Of a stretch of DNA of 64,000 nucleotides, positions 1 through 11,913 are shown piece by piece. A program made the position numbers and the translations under genes. Source of the stretch: Deltaproteobacteria bacterium (lineage in GTDB: Bacteria; SAR324; NAC60-12); NCBI GenBank assembly GCA_002685535.1, contig NYXK01000235.1:8058-72057 (forward strand), given 5' to 3'. A model generated the notes under the pieces. The model had not been told where the DNA came from, made no database searches, and saw only the letters and a list, made by a program, of their open reading frames with translations. Numbering within the stretch: the stretch's first letter is position 1; each line of letters opens with the position of its first letter.

Positions 1-647
1 AACAGTACCAGACTTCGCTCAATGGTGCGAAGAAGAGATAACTTGGAGGTAGGCGGTGCCGGACAGGGGCACTTACAACAGGAGTGTAGGTACAAGTGCT
101 TGAACACCCAGAATTCCATTTTCCATTCTCAGATCCGAGGTCACAGCTCTCTTCTCCCTCGACTTTGCCATCGCCGCCTGAAATGCGAGTCAGAGATCAA
201 GTCACCAAGGTCGAATGTAAGGTTAGACTTAGACTTACAGACTGGCAGACAAGTGCAGTTCGCTGAGCAGCCGGAGTTCCAAGCACCCTGTGAGGAGAGT
301 CAGTAAATGAAAGGGGCGAGGAGGGTTATATCCATGGGACAACTTACATTAAGGGCTGGGCCGAGATCGCATTCCTCATACGGAGCCTGGACAATCTCAT
401 CACCGCAAGTTCCTCCGCAATGATCTCCACAGTCGTCATCGCAATGGTCACTGCAATCGGTATGATATGTTGGTGGAGCATAGCTTGGAGTTGGATGGTA
501 AGTAGGTGCCTTCGTGTACGAAGCAGTCACCGTGGTATAAGTCTCGGGCGGGTAGGTTGAATATGCGTAGGACGAAGGTGGGTACGATTCTGCTGCGAGA
601 ACACATGCTGTCCCGAAGACGAGTGATGAGAGGATTGAGTACCTCAT
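1..647 (-). CDS. Secreted cysteine-rich-repeat protein (CGDG..EECD..C...C repeats, DUF4215 / Myxococcus cysteine-rich-repeat-like); 3' part runs off the window
   Basis: ORF 300..647(-) begins MRYSILSSLVFGTACVLAAES (signal-peptide-like). A Pro/Tyr/Thr-rich linker follows, then CGDEIVQAPYEECDLGPALN. GTAAGT donor at 342-347, CTGAC branch and CAG acceptor give intron 288..347. Exon 239..287 encodes GAWNSGCSANCTCLPV. Intron 178..238 follows. Exon 77..177 encodes CGDGKVEGEESCDLGSENGKWNSGCSSTCTYTPV. Another GTAAGT donor lies at 71-76, so the gene continues beyond position 1. Confidence 0.7.
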
Positions 648-2130
648 TTTAACGAAGAATAATGCAAGATAGGATGATAGAAGTAGTGATACGTATTTCT
701 AGAAGAAGGAAAAGATGATCGTGATGAAGAAGGAAGAGAAGAAGAATAAGTAGTAATGGTGGTGGTAAGGAATAAGAGACACTTCGAAACCGGAAGGGAA
801 CTTGCAGATGTATTTCCCAAATCGAGAGCTGGGACACCTTTGATATACTTCATATCACGAGCTTCAAACAGACCAGCTCAAGGCTGTAGGAACGCCGTCA
901 GGAATAGCTTCAATAACTTTGCTGTCACTGCCCTGCTCTCATTAGACCATACCGCCTGACCAGGGCTCATTGCTTCATCCGACGGCTGTGAAGGATGCAG
1001 TCAGGCTTGAACCTGAGCTTGAGCAGGAGCAATGCCTCTCTGCTGAGCCATCACCATTTTCAATTCAACCACCATAGAGAGCGACTGCCACTTCATAGGG
1101 CTGAATCTGACTTTCGGATGACACATTTCCCCAGGCATCTTTGCATTGGAACTTTCCCTAAAGGCCGCCAGCCCAGCGTATGGAGGAATGAGTGTGGTAG
1201 GCAATGTGAAAACAAAATACACATCATGAGGTCGTGGACACGAAGAAAGCCAAATCCCATAGCCTTGATACTGAGAAGTGATCTTGATGCTATCCAATAG
1301 CAGTTCCATCATCAACAAGACCTAAATTGGGAGACAGCCACGAGCCTGCGCCCCGCCCTTGGAAGCACGCAGCGAACGAAAGGCCAGAGAAATGGCAAGT
1401 GTCGCCAAGCCCAACATAAGTTAATCCTTCAGCCTCGCAGCCTTCCAGAGTCAAAGTGAGGGGGGAGAAATGTGTCTAGCCGACCCGGATCATCTCGGGC
1501 ACCTGCTCCGAAATTGACAGCCCATGATGGGCTTACCTCATGGGCCGATGGGCTGCATGTTCGTGTCACCGCACCTTTCGGCAAGACGGTCACGCTATAT
1601 CTCGTTTCGCAATATCTGATTGCACGCAGCTTTCAGCTCTGCTTGAAACATGGCGGTACTGTAGAGGGATGAGAGGCGTTGGAGATCAGAAGATGATAGG
1701 GTGGTCGCGAGGACTGCGCCACGAAGATGTTGGTGCTGTGCTGCTCCGATTGCTTTGCCCTGCGATGACCCCGCCAAAGCTTAGCATTGAGGTCAATCAC
1801 CTTAATTGGCTCCCAGCTTGAGGTATGAAGGATAAATTTAGCACAAAGGAAGAACCGTCAAGACACTTGTCTCATATCTCGTCTCGTTTAGCCCATCCTA
1901 TCCCTCCCCAGAGTATGAGATATTTGCAACGAGACGAAATGAGATGAAATGGAGGTTGGGAGATAAGAGAACAGAAAGGAAGCGACAGCGACAGCGAGAG
2001 ATGGTATGATGACAACCCTGAAAGTCTGACCAGTCAGCATCAAACCCGCCCTCCCGATTCCACTGTAAGCGAACCTCAACCTTGGAAATTCCCAGCCCCT
2101 CCGTGCCCCTCCACCCCTCCAACCCTCCAC

Positions 2131-2154
2131 CCTTACACCCTTACACCCTTACAC
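2131..2154. repeat. Tandem octamer (CCTTACAC)x3 within a C-rich tract
   Basis: Three perfect copies at 2131-2138, 2139-2146 and 2147-2154, preceded by degenerate CCCTCCAC/CCCTCCAA copies from about 2105. Confidence 0.9.
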
Positions 2155-2988
2155 CCCTTCATTCGTCCAACCTGACGCCACAGCTAAACTTTCCAGCGCA
2201 AAGTCACCAACATGTCCACTGCAGTACTCCTCGACTGTTCAAGCGCATAGCATGGCATGGCATTGCATCTGCAATGCGAGAATCGGCGAGGACAACAGGA
2301 GGTGATTTTGTGCAGTGACATTCGCTACTTATAAGAAAAACACGGGATCAGGAGATGGCATCTTCCTAGCCGGACTGCCCCAGGCATCTCCGTGAGCATG
2401 GGCCCGCCGTGAGATCTCAGTCAGGCTTGAGCTCAGCTCGCTCGTTGGCTCAGCTCTCAGCGTGATGGAGGGGCATCACGATAACCTTAAGACGCCCACC
2501 ACGGTTGAGACGAAAAATTGTGGCTGCAAGTCATCCCCTTCGTACATTCTGATGCATAGCGTACCCAGTATTAGTGAGAGAGTTTCGAAAGAACGAGGAG
2601 GTAGGGTATCTAGCTAGGGATAGAGAGATGGTGTCAGCAGACAGACTGACAAGATGATTGATTGAAATATGAGGGAGGTCTGCTCTGCTTCGCTCGCTCT
2701 TGGATGGATGGATTATTCATGGAACCTTCTGAGCATCTTCTGATGCTCTCGCTACCACGATACCACGAACCACAACAAAGCCATCTTTGACACATAATTG
2801 TGTGGAGAAAAAGCTCGTGCCTACCTGCTGTCTGGTTTATGATTGAATGATAAGATCCAGACCTTCAGCAGAGTACATACCGTTTGCTGTTGTCAAGCAC
2901 GATTGTCTCAAACTGACATACTTATCTACTTACTCATCAACTTGCCTCCATACAAACATTTGTCGTGCCGTGCGCAACACACGCAAAC

Positions 2989-4290
2989 ATGGCGCTTGTA
3001 CAATTTGCAGCCGGGCGCCGTCCTTCAAATCCGGGCCTAACACCAACGAAAGCGACGAAAGCAAAATCAGGCCACCAAGAACATAAGAGAAGAAGACTTC
3101 AAAAAGCAACGCCTGGATGTTACTTTGATACCAGATTTTCTCCTGGGCAGAAAATAATTGGGGATTCTTCTATCATCGGCGTACAATCCTGCTTGGAGGT
3201 CAGAGCCGATGACGATGTATTGACAGGGGGTCGCAACCACCAGAACCAGGATGCGAAGCTGCAGCTGCATGAGCTCTCTCCAAGTCCCCAACCTCGTATT
3301 GGAGCTCACCCATCCCATCATTCTCAGCAAAAATCTCAAAGACATGTTCAATTCCTCCAGCCTCCTTCAAACATCTCCGACGATTCAATCAGTATCTACT
3401 CAACCCACAGCTCCACATCTCTTCCAACGGTGGTGACCAACAGCATGGACGCGGAGCCGAATGAGATGCAGATGCGGATGCAGCTGCAACAGCATCGCAG
3501 ACGATCTAAGACACCCGTCTTCTTCGTCGGGCAATTGGAGCGGAAGTCCGTAGCAACAGCATGCGAACTGGACAAGGCGCAATTACTCGCATCAGAGTAC
3601 CAAGCAGTGCTACCTCTCCGTCTGAAAACTTCATTCGCCAAATCCCTCTCCCAATTTTCAGAACTCGATCTCGATCACGATAATCCAAAAGCACTGAGTC
3701 ACCGACCTAAAACTCCAAAACGCCTTCGGAAAATCAAATGTCAGCTTAGTTTGCGAGATTTGGTCAAGCAGCACTCGCAATGCGGACCTTCGCCTTCGAC
3801 ACCTGGATCGGATGCAGAGACGTTGGTCGGCTCGCCGCCGTGCTCACCACTTGATGAGGATTTCGATAAGCACTCCCATCAGCCTTTATTCAGTCCTCAA
3901 ACTCAACCCCACGATATCAGCGACGAGGATGACGAACTTTCTCTTCCCACCTCACCCACCATTGACAACGACATTGGCCTGAAAATCTGCACTGAGCTCC
4001 TCACCAACGAGCTGGCGACCGCTCTCCTACGGCACCATCCAGCAGAAATGAAAGACCGAGCATCAGGCCTCCAGATTCTGCTTATGATTGAGGCGTACGA
4101 GACGGTGCAGAGCCAGGTGAGGAGGATGCTGTATGATGCGCGTGTGACGGGAAAGCAGTTCGGTCACGTGCGGGAAGCCGAGAGAATTCTGGAGCACTGG
4201 TTGAAGGCGCTGTATGCGGTGTATGATCGAGAGCAGGAGGAGGAGAATAGGATGAGTAGGCTGGATTATGCGTGGCCATTGAGAGGGTAG
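2989..4290 (+). CDS. Hypothetical protein, disordered Ser/Pro/Gln-rich N-half with a helical conserved-looking C-terminal region
   Basis: Single uninterrupted ORF (track entry 2965..4290). First ATG at 2989 (MALVQFAAGRRPS). C-terminal segment LKICTELLTNELATALLRHHPAEMKDRASGLQILLMIEAYETVQSQVRRMLYDA looks structured. No family recognised. Confidence 0.55.
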   Translation: MALVQFAAGRRPSNPGLTPTKATKAKSGHQEHKRRRLQKATPGCYFDTRFSPGQKIIGDSSIIGVQSCLEVRADDDVLTGGRNHQNQDAKLQLHELSPSPQPRIGAHPSHHSQQKSQRHVQFLQPPSNISDDSISIYSTHSSTSLPTVVTNSMDAEPNEMQMRMQLQQHRRRSKTPVFFVGQLERKSVATACELDKAQLLASEYQAVLPLRLKTSFAKSLSQFSELDLDHDNPKALSHRPKTPKRLRKIKCQLSLRDLVKQHSQCGPSPSTPGSDAETLVGSPPCSPLDEDFDKHSHQPLFSPQTQPHDISDEDDELSLPTSPTIDNDIGLKICTELLTNELATALLRHHPAEMKDRASGLQILLMIEAYETVQSQVRRMLYDARVTGKQFGHVREAERILEHWLKALYAVYDREQEEENRMSRLDYAWPLRG

Positions 4291-7200
4291 TGGGAGGAGT
4301 GAAGAGGACGAGAATGAGAAGACGGTGCTACGGGCGGTGGATAATGGGCGAGCATGCGGTGGCGAGGAAACGGAATGATGCTATCTTCTTGTTTGTTGTT
4401 TCCTTTGGGACTTTTGATAAGGGTCGGAGTTCTGCGTTACGGACGGGAAGGAATGGGTTGATTCAAGATGGCAATGAGTAATTTTTGGGAGGAAGATCTG
4501 GGTGCCGGCACCAGCACGGAAGATGTCCTGGTTTGGATACTGTACATCACATGACGTAATGAGCTCGAGGAGCTGCTCAAAGTAGCATCGAGCAGAGGCA
4601 GATGTTATGAAGAAAGCATGCATCAATTTTGAACCGTTGCTTTTAGATACTTTAGGTGTGAAAGAAACTGCTCGCAGTGTCCGGCGGATTTGATTCTCGC
4701 TTGCGGGTTGTCAAGACAAACCCTCCTGCGCTCCGAACTATCACAGCGCTATGTTCATCTAGCCTTGCCAGCTCCAGCTTCTGATTTCAGCCTCGGCCAC
4801 CGCAGTTCGTTCATTTTGAAATGAAGCGTGGAGCTAAGAGATAGGCCAGCGGTAGGTGACCTTCCGAGACACTACTAGTCAAGCTAGGAACTAGGTTCGG
4901 TAGATCAGTCCGAGGGGTGGCTTCGCTGGTTTATATAGTGCTTGAATAGAGAGAAAGCTGCTATGTGGAAAATCTGGATCTGAAGAACTGGATCATGACT
5001 TTGGACATAGTGTGTGAAAAGCCAAGAACCTGCTGATGATGTACAGGGACTTCAAGAAATATGCCAAGAACGTGGTGAATGCGGTGAATGACGCTGTCGA
5101 GGGAACGATGTTACTCACCTCCGTACCAATACCAGTGGTGGGTATGCCGTGAAAATGATACTCGTATTGTGTGTCAGCTTCAAAAGCGATATTCTACTCG
5201 GCGAAAGTAGATTTTGCTTCTAGATCTGCCCATGAACTGTGCCCAGATCTGTTTGTTGGAGTCCATCATTCACAGGACTTCCAGGGAGGCGGTATGAAAT
5301 TGGGAGTATTGATCCCTCAAAGCGATTGAGTAGTATGTACGTACACAAGGCTATTGTCCTCGTTGGCCAAGTCTGGTAAGGTGCCTGGTATCTGATCGCA
5401 GTCGTCTCCGTAACTTTAGATCGTTCTTTCTGCCTCTCGAATCGAGGATTTCATGGAAGTGGCTTTCTTGGCTTTCGGGGGGCTTAGCACACTCGCGATT
5501 GCAGCTCGAGGCTGTCAGCGCGAGCAGAGTACCTTTAGCTTTGCTTTGTTCCGGATTTCTGCTCCAGCTTGGTATCCTCGATGCCAATATAAATTGGCAG
5601 AGGTAACAGAATCCCGCCGTGGCCATGCTCGGCTGCTACGAAATTGTAATTTCGGCGTCCACGTTGTTCCTGGTTCAAAGGATCGTGATTCATGTACAGC
5701 GCTACAACTTAACTTGCTTTCCCTCTAGACGAAGGCGATGCCAAGGCCGAAATATTGAGAGCAGTCGTCGATTTTATGATCACCATAAAGGTGTCGGGTC
5801 TGGTACTCCACAATTTCGCCTGTGTTTCAAGAACGATCGTGAGTTGGCCGATGCCGTGTAGATATATCCTGATGATCCTCGATTGGCTGTTTTCACTCTC
5901 GGCCCATAAATGCCTGTCGTCCAGCATACTCTTCTTCTTATTAACCCCTTGTCCAAACATTTTCTGTACGACCTCTCGAAAATTTTATTAGGCTGGGTGG
6001 TATTCGACAGATGCTCTTCTACCTCTGGCATGTGATCGACACCCTGCGGTACCCATTTGGCCTCTCTGCGGCCACCAAATTGTGTCTTGTCGCTGTCAGC
6101 GGCCTGTTCGTCTCCCTGACTGGGGAGACTTGTTCTCATTTCGAGTGTTGCGTAGATACATCATGGCTGGTACCATGTTCTGTTTCGTCAACGAGCAAGT
6201 TCCCTTTGGAAGTGTTCCAGTATCGCAGACGTGTGGGCGCAGATATTGGTGGCTCTAATTATTGTGCCACGAGGTAGGAAAAAGAGCTTCCCAGCTGGAA
6301 CAATCATCTCCCCCAATCTGGTCATCGCTGGCACATTTTTCGGCAGACGAGGGCCGGAGGGAGGACAGTCTAGGAAGCTATTGGATGCTCGCGATTGGAC
6401 CACCAGGACTAGATGAGGTTGTGATGGGTGATGAGCTGTATGTCTGGCGCGTACCTGTTCGTAGAACATGGACCTCATGTTAGCAGTACCTTACGATTGA
6501 GGGGTAGGATTGAGCCATGGTAATAGCAGTTGATAAATGACTTCACAGCGGTTGTGCCCGCTTCACGATCCTGTTGGAGCGGATGTTCGGGGTTGACCCT
6601 CGGACATGATTTGAGGTTGACGTAGAGAGGATGCGCTCCAATCAGAATACTGTACAAGTTGCTTGCCGAGGCCTGTCCTTGGATGATCACTCGCTTCCCT
6701 GCCTCCCTGCTCTCCTCTACGAATTTCCCAAATAGTGCCATCAAAATCAAAACATCTCCAGCCACCAGAGAAATAGCAGGTTTGCCAGTTAGATTTTCCT
6801 GTCACTGCTTATTGTTTGACCTGTTTCGGCGCGACAGAGGATTGTGCTTCGCGATCGCACAACACGATTTAAATTTAGAAAGGGGGGGATGATTTGCTCC
6901 CCGACCTGGTGCCCACAAGCAAATAAACTTGTGCTTCGATCTCCTTACTACCTGTGAGACTAGTAGAATGAACTTGAATACGCCGATCCATGAATTTAAC
7001 GATGGGATATGTATCATAAGTCATGCTGATCGCCATCTGTTGTCTATTGACATGGGGCAGGGAGATCTCCTCTTCCGAACAACGTTAGACTCGCTCTCGC
7101 TCCTTGTAAGAATCCGAAGCACGTTCAGGACAGCAGTCAAGCGTCGAGTTTATTATTTACTTAACAAATAGAGCTCACACAAACCTCTGTGAACTACTAT

Positions 7201-7737
7201 ACATGCTGCAATTGCCCCGCTGCTGACGATCCTAGCTACACTTGCATTTCGCTTAAACCCAAAGTCCCCGTTTGTACCTAGATCCTCCGGATACTACCCT
7301 GCGGCGTATCTTTGACCATTATCCGCCATTAAGAAGGCAAGTACTGCGTTTCCGTTCTGATTTCCATCTATCACCATGAAATGATCATTAGGCAGTGTGC
7401 TTCGATTTTAAAGAGTAGCATGCCACTTGCGGGGAAGTCAGTCTACCCCAGGGCGGGGTTTGTCAGGCTGGACGGTCAGGTTCCCCGATACCTCACAAGT
7501 ACACAGTGCTAACGTTACAGGGTACTATTGCTTGAATCGATTGCATCCCCCATGCAGTTAGGATTCCCCTAGCTTCACGAACTTTCGTCTACTGGATGAA
7601 CACGGAGCGGCAGATTAGATGAGATGAACCTACATATACCTTTCCCAGTCCCCCTCTTCTACGACTCTGTAGGCACTGCCTGGTTCTAGTTACTCTCATA
7701 TCCTCGTCACTTGAGGATCACTGATCAGCTATCCACA

Positions 7738-9300
7738 ATGTACTTCAATTTCAAAGTCCTTCTCACCAGCCTCATGGCTGGCATGCCAGCTTTCGCTGCC
7801 ACATTTTCCAATCCCGTGCTCTGGGAGGATCTTGCAGATTTGGATATCTTTCGCGTGGGAGATACCTACTATTACTCGGCTTCCAACATGCACTACTCAC
7901 CAGGTGCACCAATTCTGAGCTCGACAGATCTGGTGAATTGGAAGTACATCGGCCACTCAGTTCCAACACTTTCCTTTGGCTCGAAGTACGACATGTCTGG
8001 TGGAGCAACTGCCTATGTCAAGGGAATCTATGCGTCAACCATGCGGTACCGAGCCAGCAACAAGACCTGGTATTGGTATGGTTGTATCGAATATGGAGGA
8101 ACATACGTTTTTACATCATCGTCTCCAACAGGGCCGTGGAAGCAAGCAGCCAAGATCAGCACTTGCTACTATGATGCGGGATTGCTCATTGATGACAACG
8201 ACACAATGTACATTGCTTATGGCAATACACAACTTTCCGTTGCTCAGCTCTCGGCTGATGGACTCTCTCAAGTCAAGACTCAGGTCGTCTACAACACACC
8301 GTCAAGCATCGGCGTGCTTGAGGGCTCACGAATGTACAAGAAAGATGGCGCTTACTACATTTTCGTCACCAAACCCGCCAACGGCCAGTATGTCCTTAGA
8401 TCTACAAGTGGTCCCTTTGGACCGTACACCGTTAAACAACTACTCCTGAACCTTGGAAGCCCAATTCCAAGTGGTGGCGTTCCGCATCAAGGCGGCTTGG
8501 TTCAGACAGCAGCTGGAAGCTGGTACTACATGGCATTCGTTGATAGCTATCCCGGAGGGCGCGTGCCCGTCCTCGCACCTATCAGCTGGGGTAGTGATGG
8601 CTATCCAGCCCTTCAGCTGGTGAATGGCGCCTGGGGTACTTCCTACACTGCACCTCTGACTCTGTCACCCACCTCCCACACAGGCACGGACTCTTTCTCG
8701 GGGAGTTCGCTTGGCCCAGAATGGGAATGGAATCACAACCCAGACACAAGCAAATTCTCTGTTAACAACGGCCTTACTTTGCAGACTGCAACTGTTACCA
8801 GCGACCTCTACCATGCTAGGAATACCTTAAGTCACCGGATTCTTGGTCCAACATCATCTGGAACTATTGTGCTGGACTTCGCGAGCATGGCCGATGGTGA
8901 TCGTGCTGGTCTGGCCATGCTTCGCGATACTAGCGCCTGGATTGGGATTCGCAAGGACGGGTCCTCGATCAAAATTTCAATGTGGTCTGGTCTCACCATG
9001 ACATCAACCTGGGCGACTGCTAGTACTGGCTCCGAAAGTGCTAGTGCGACTATTTCTAGCACTCGTGTCTGGCTACGCATATACGCAGACATTCATGTTG
9101 GGTCGGGCAAACAAGCTCAGTTCTTCTACAGTACCGATGGACAGAAATTTACCAAGATAGGGGCTCTGACGCTCAACAATGCTTGGAACTTCTTTCCTGG
9201 TTATCGATATGCGATTTTTAACTTCGCTACAAAAGCTCTTGGTGGTTCTGTCAAGATCGGCTCTTTCACGGTCGATTCGCCAGGCCGGACACTTACGTAG
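7738..9300 (+). CDS. Glycoside hydrolase family 43 (beta-xylosidase / alpha-L-arabinofuranosidase type) with C-terminal concanavalin-like GH43_C2 domain, secreted
   Basis: Uninterrupted ORF. The first real ATG is at 7738 (the track entry starts at a TTG at 7711). Signal peptide MYFNFKVLLTSLMAGMPAFAA. N-terminal GH43 signature FSNPVLWEDLADLDIFRVGDTYYYSASNMHYSPGAPILSSTDLVNWKYIGH. Also GLLIDDNDTMYIAYG, EGSRMYKKDGAYYIF and a roughly 200-aa C-terminal beta-sandwich region. Confidence 0.9.
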   Translation: MYFNFKVLLTSLMAGMPAFAATFSNPVLWEDLADLDIFRVGDTYYYSASNMHYSPGAPILSSTDLVNWKYIGHSVPTLSFGSKYDMSGGATAYVKGIYASTMRYRASNKTWYWYGCIEYGGTYVFTSSSPTGPWKQAAKISTCYYDAGLLIDDNDTMYIAYGNTQLSVAQLSADGLSQVKTQVVYNTPSSIGVLEGSRMYKKDGAYYIFVTKPANGQYVLRSTSGPFGPYTVKQLLLNLGSPIPSGGVPHQGGLVQTAAGSWYYMAFVDSYPGGRVPVLAPISWGSDGYPALQLVNGAWGTSYTAPLTLSPTSHTGTDSFSGSSLGPEWEWNHNPDTSKFSVNNGLTLQTATVTSDLYHARNTLSHRILGPTSSGTIVLDFASMADGDRAGLAMLRDTSAWIGIRKDGSSIKISMWSGLTMTSTWATASTGSESASATISSTRVWLRIYADIHVGSGKQAQFFYSTDGQKFTKIGALTLNNAWNFFPGYRYAIFNFATKALGGSVKIGSFTVDSPGRTLT

Positions 9301-9680
9301 ATTGTCTGAACGATCTGAGAACGTGCCGTGATCATCTTAAGAACAACATCGAAATGCCTTTCCAGCGGTGCCGTATGGAATGAATCGCCTGGGTGTTATT
9401 CGATGATGGTGTCGGATTTTACGTATACAGTTCGTACGTTGAGTCGTTCGGAGTTCGTCGATTTGCGTTCCTGCCCCTCTCCAGGGTTGCACTGGATAAA
9501 TACATGGTACCGTGGTAACGAAGAGCGTCCCCCACTAGTAGTCTTCATGTGTTTACTAGTCAGTCTTGTCGCAATCCTCTCAAGATAAAACTTTCACAAT
9601 CATGGCAAAAACGCAGTGCGGTTAGAATTGCAGGAAACTATGGGTGCAAGTTTCTATAACTTCTTTCCTCTTGACTTTTT

Positions 9681-11913
9681 ATGAATTTTCCGCTCACTAT
9701 CAAGTTCTTTGCTTCGTTCTGCCAAACGAGACTACTGCAAGACATGCCGCGAGCGGGCCGCCCCTGTATGGTCTCCATGTGCGGGGTGACCAAGCAGGCA
9801 TCTCATAAGACAGCTCGCTTTCGCATTCTGCTCGTATCATAGACTCCACAATTGCATCCAACACGACATATGACTTTATTACCGTGGGTGCAGGGATAGG
9901 TGGCTTGACGGTTGCTGATCGACTCTCTGAAGATCCGAACAGTAAATCTCGATGAGCCCGAAGAAAGTCGTTACTTATGACTTAAAAGCCTCGGTCTTGG
10001 TCGTGGAATATGGTCCGTTTGACAAAGGAGAAGCTCCTGTTCTCGTACCAGGATCCTACTTCCCAGTCCCCTACTTCTGGCCGAACATCTTCAGTACTCC
10101 TCAGGTTAGTGTCGTTGGCATTTCCCAAGGACGACTTTCCTTTGCTGACTCGAAACAAGCGAGGGCTCAATAATGGCACCTATTTTGTTCCAATGGGTCG
10201 AGTTGTGGGAGGTAGATCTACAATCAATGCAATGTTCTTCCTTCGCTATCCAGCAGTGGATTATGATTCATGGGAGAAACTTGGAAATCGTGGCTGGGGA
10301 TGGCAAGGCTTTCTGCCCTACTTCAAGAAGGTGCGTTGGAAGAATTTCTCAGAAACAAGACCCAATTGCTGATGGTTCTGAGAGCGAAATCTTTACTCCA
10401 CCAGACGCAGAATTCGCCAAGAAGTACAACATTACTTGGGACGCTTCTGTCCATGTATTGAAAGGTCCTATTCAGGCAAATTATTCGCCTTACGACTACC
10501 GGTCAAGTGGTAATTACCAAAAACACATCTTTCCCTTGATTTCTGCTGACTCTCAGCTAAGCAAATTTCTGGTATGCTGCCTCGGATGTTGGAATAACTG
10601 CCCGTCAGGATCCTAACGCAGGTGACGCGACGGGACTTTTCCGGCTGGTTCGTGCTTTGGATCCATTGGCTAAAGTTAGGTCATATGCAAAGACCGTGCA
10701 CTATGATCGGGTTGCGAAGTCTCGGCCAAATTATCATTTACTTCCAGAGCATGCTGTAAGCAAAGTCCTGTTCAAGGACAAGAGGGCTGTTGGCATTGAA
10801 TACGTTTCACCTGCTACCGGAGAAGTCCAGACGGCAAAACCGACGAAGGAGATTGTCATGGCTGCTGGAGCTGTACATTCTCCGCAAATTCTTCAGCTCT
10901 CAGGTGTTGGACCAAAGGCATTACTGAAAGGTTTCGGTATCGAGGTCGTGGTAGATCTTCCGGGTGTCGGACAGAACTTTCAGGACCATCTTGATTTGAA
11001 AGTAGATTATACTTGTAAGTAGATCACCAGCAAATCATGCAGGACAAGAAGCTCAGCTGACCTGCAGTCACATCAAACATCGAGCCGAACGCTGACAGCT
11101 TAAACACCAATGCCACGTACGATGCAGGACGAAGGGCTCTTTACGATGCATCTCGTGAAGGAGCTTATACTCTCGTCCGAGGAACTGGTAACAATATCGC
11201 ACTCCTGCCGCTGAAGAACGCTACCTCAGACTGGAAGTCAATAATCAACCTCGCTAAATCGCAAAACCCCGCTTCCCTCCTCCCACCGAAAACTCATCTG
11301 TCATCCGAGGCTACGCAGCTCAACGAGAAATGCTGTTCACGCACGACGCTTCTTCCAAAACAGCAGTTGGTAGCCTGAGCTGGAATACAGGATCCCAGAC
11401 AACAGTTTACATGATCAAACCACTAAGTCGCGGATCCATTGCCATCAATTCAACCAGTATAGTGGACAACCCACTGATCGACTGCGGCGCTCTTACAGAT
11501 CCAACAGATATCGAACTAGTACTATCTCTCTTCCTCAAAAATCGACAGATCATGGCCCAACCCTCCATGCAAGCTCTCGGTCCAACAGAGATCAGTCCAG
11601 GACTTGAAAGTCAAATTCAGAGCACTGATCAACACATCTAATGCTCACGAGTGCTGCACTCTGCCAATGATGAAGTTAGAGCTTGGTGGTGTCGTTGACG
11701 ACCAGTTGAGAGACTATGGAGTGAAAGGGTTGAGCGTTGCGGATGCAAGCTTCATGCCCATCACGCCTGCAAGCGCACCATGCATGGGCTACAATTTATG
11801 CTGCTGGGGAAAAGGTGCGTTGTTTCAGAAATTGGTGATATTGAACTGACCAAATTTAGGCTGCGGATCTGATCAAGAAGCGACATGGTCTCACACCGTC
11901 TGAAAAGGCGTAG
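9681..11913 (+). pseudogene. GMC (glucose-methanol-choline) FAD oxidoreductase, apparently disrupted by three frameshifts in the C-terminal third
   Basis: FAD fold YDFITVGAGIGGLTVADRLSEDPN at about 9869-9945. Clean introns link SVLVVEYGPFDKG, RGLNNGTYFVPMGRVVGGRSTINAMFFLRYPAVDYDSWEKLGNRGWGWQGFLPYFKK, SEIFTPPDAEFAKKYNITWD, ANFWYAASDVGITARQDPNAGDATG and KEIVMAAGAVHSPQILQLSGVGPKALL. The conserved path then changes frame with no room for an intron at three places: about 11291-11306 (PASLLPPKTH / SVIRGYAAQREMLF), about 11596-11610 (EISPGL / KVKFRALINTSNAHECCTLPMMKLELGGVVD) and about 11762-11775 (DASFMPIT / LQAHHAWATIYAAGEK). The last intron and AADLIKKRHGLTPSEKA* are intact. The start codon is uncertain; 9681 is the nearest upstream ATG. 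Confidence 0.6.

Noticed and set aside
1001-1318. 105-codon minus ORF preceded in frame by a signal-peptide-like mini-ORF (MLGLATLAISLAFRSLRAS...) at about 1330-1425
   Set aside because: The two parts are separated by an in-frame TAG with no usable donor/acceptor pair, and no family was recognised. It could be a decayed secreted-protein gene, but the evidence is too thin to call.
7976-8449. 157-codon ORF in an alternative frame inside the GH43 gene. Similar overlapping ORFs are 14615..15226(+), 33597..34175(+), 30327..30991(+) and 22564..23288(+).
   Set aside because: All lie within or antisense to genes whose main frame carries unmistakable family motifs. None carries a motif of its own.
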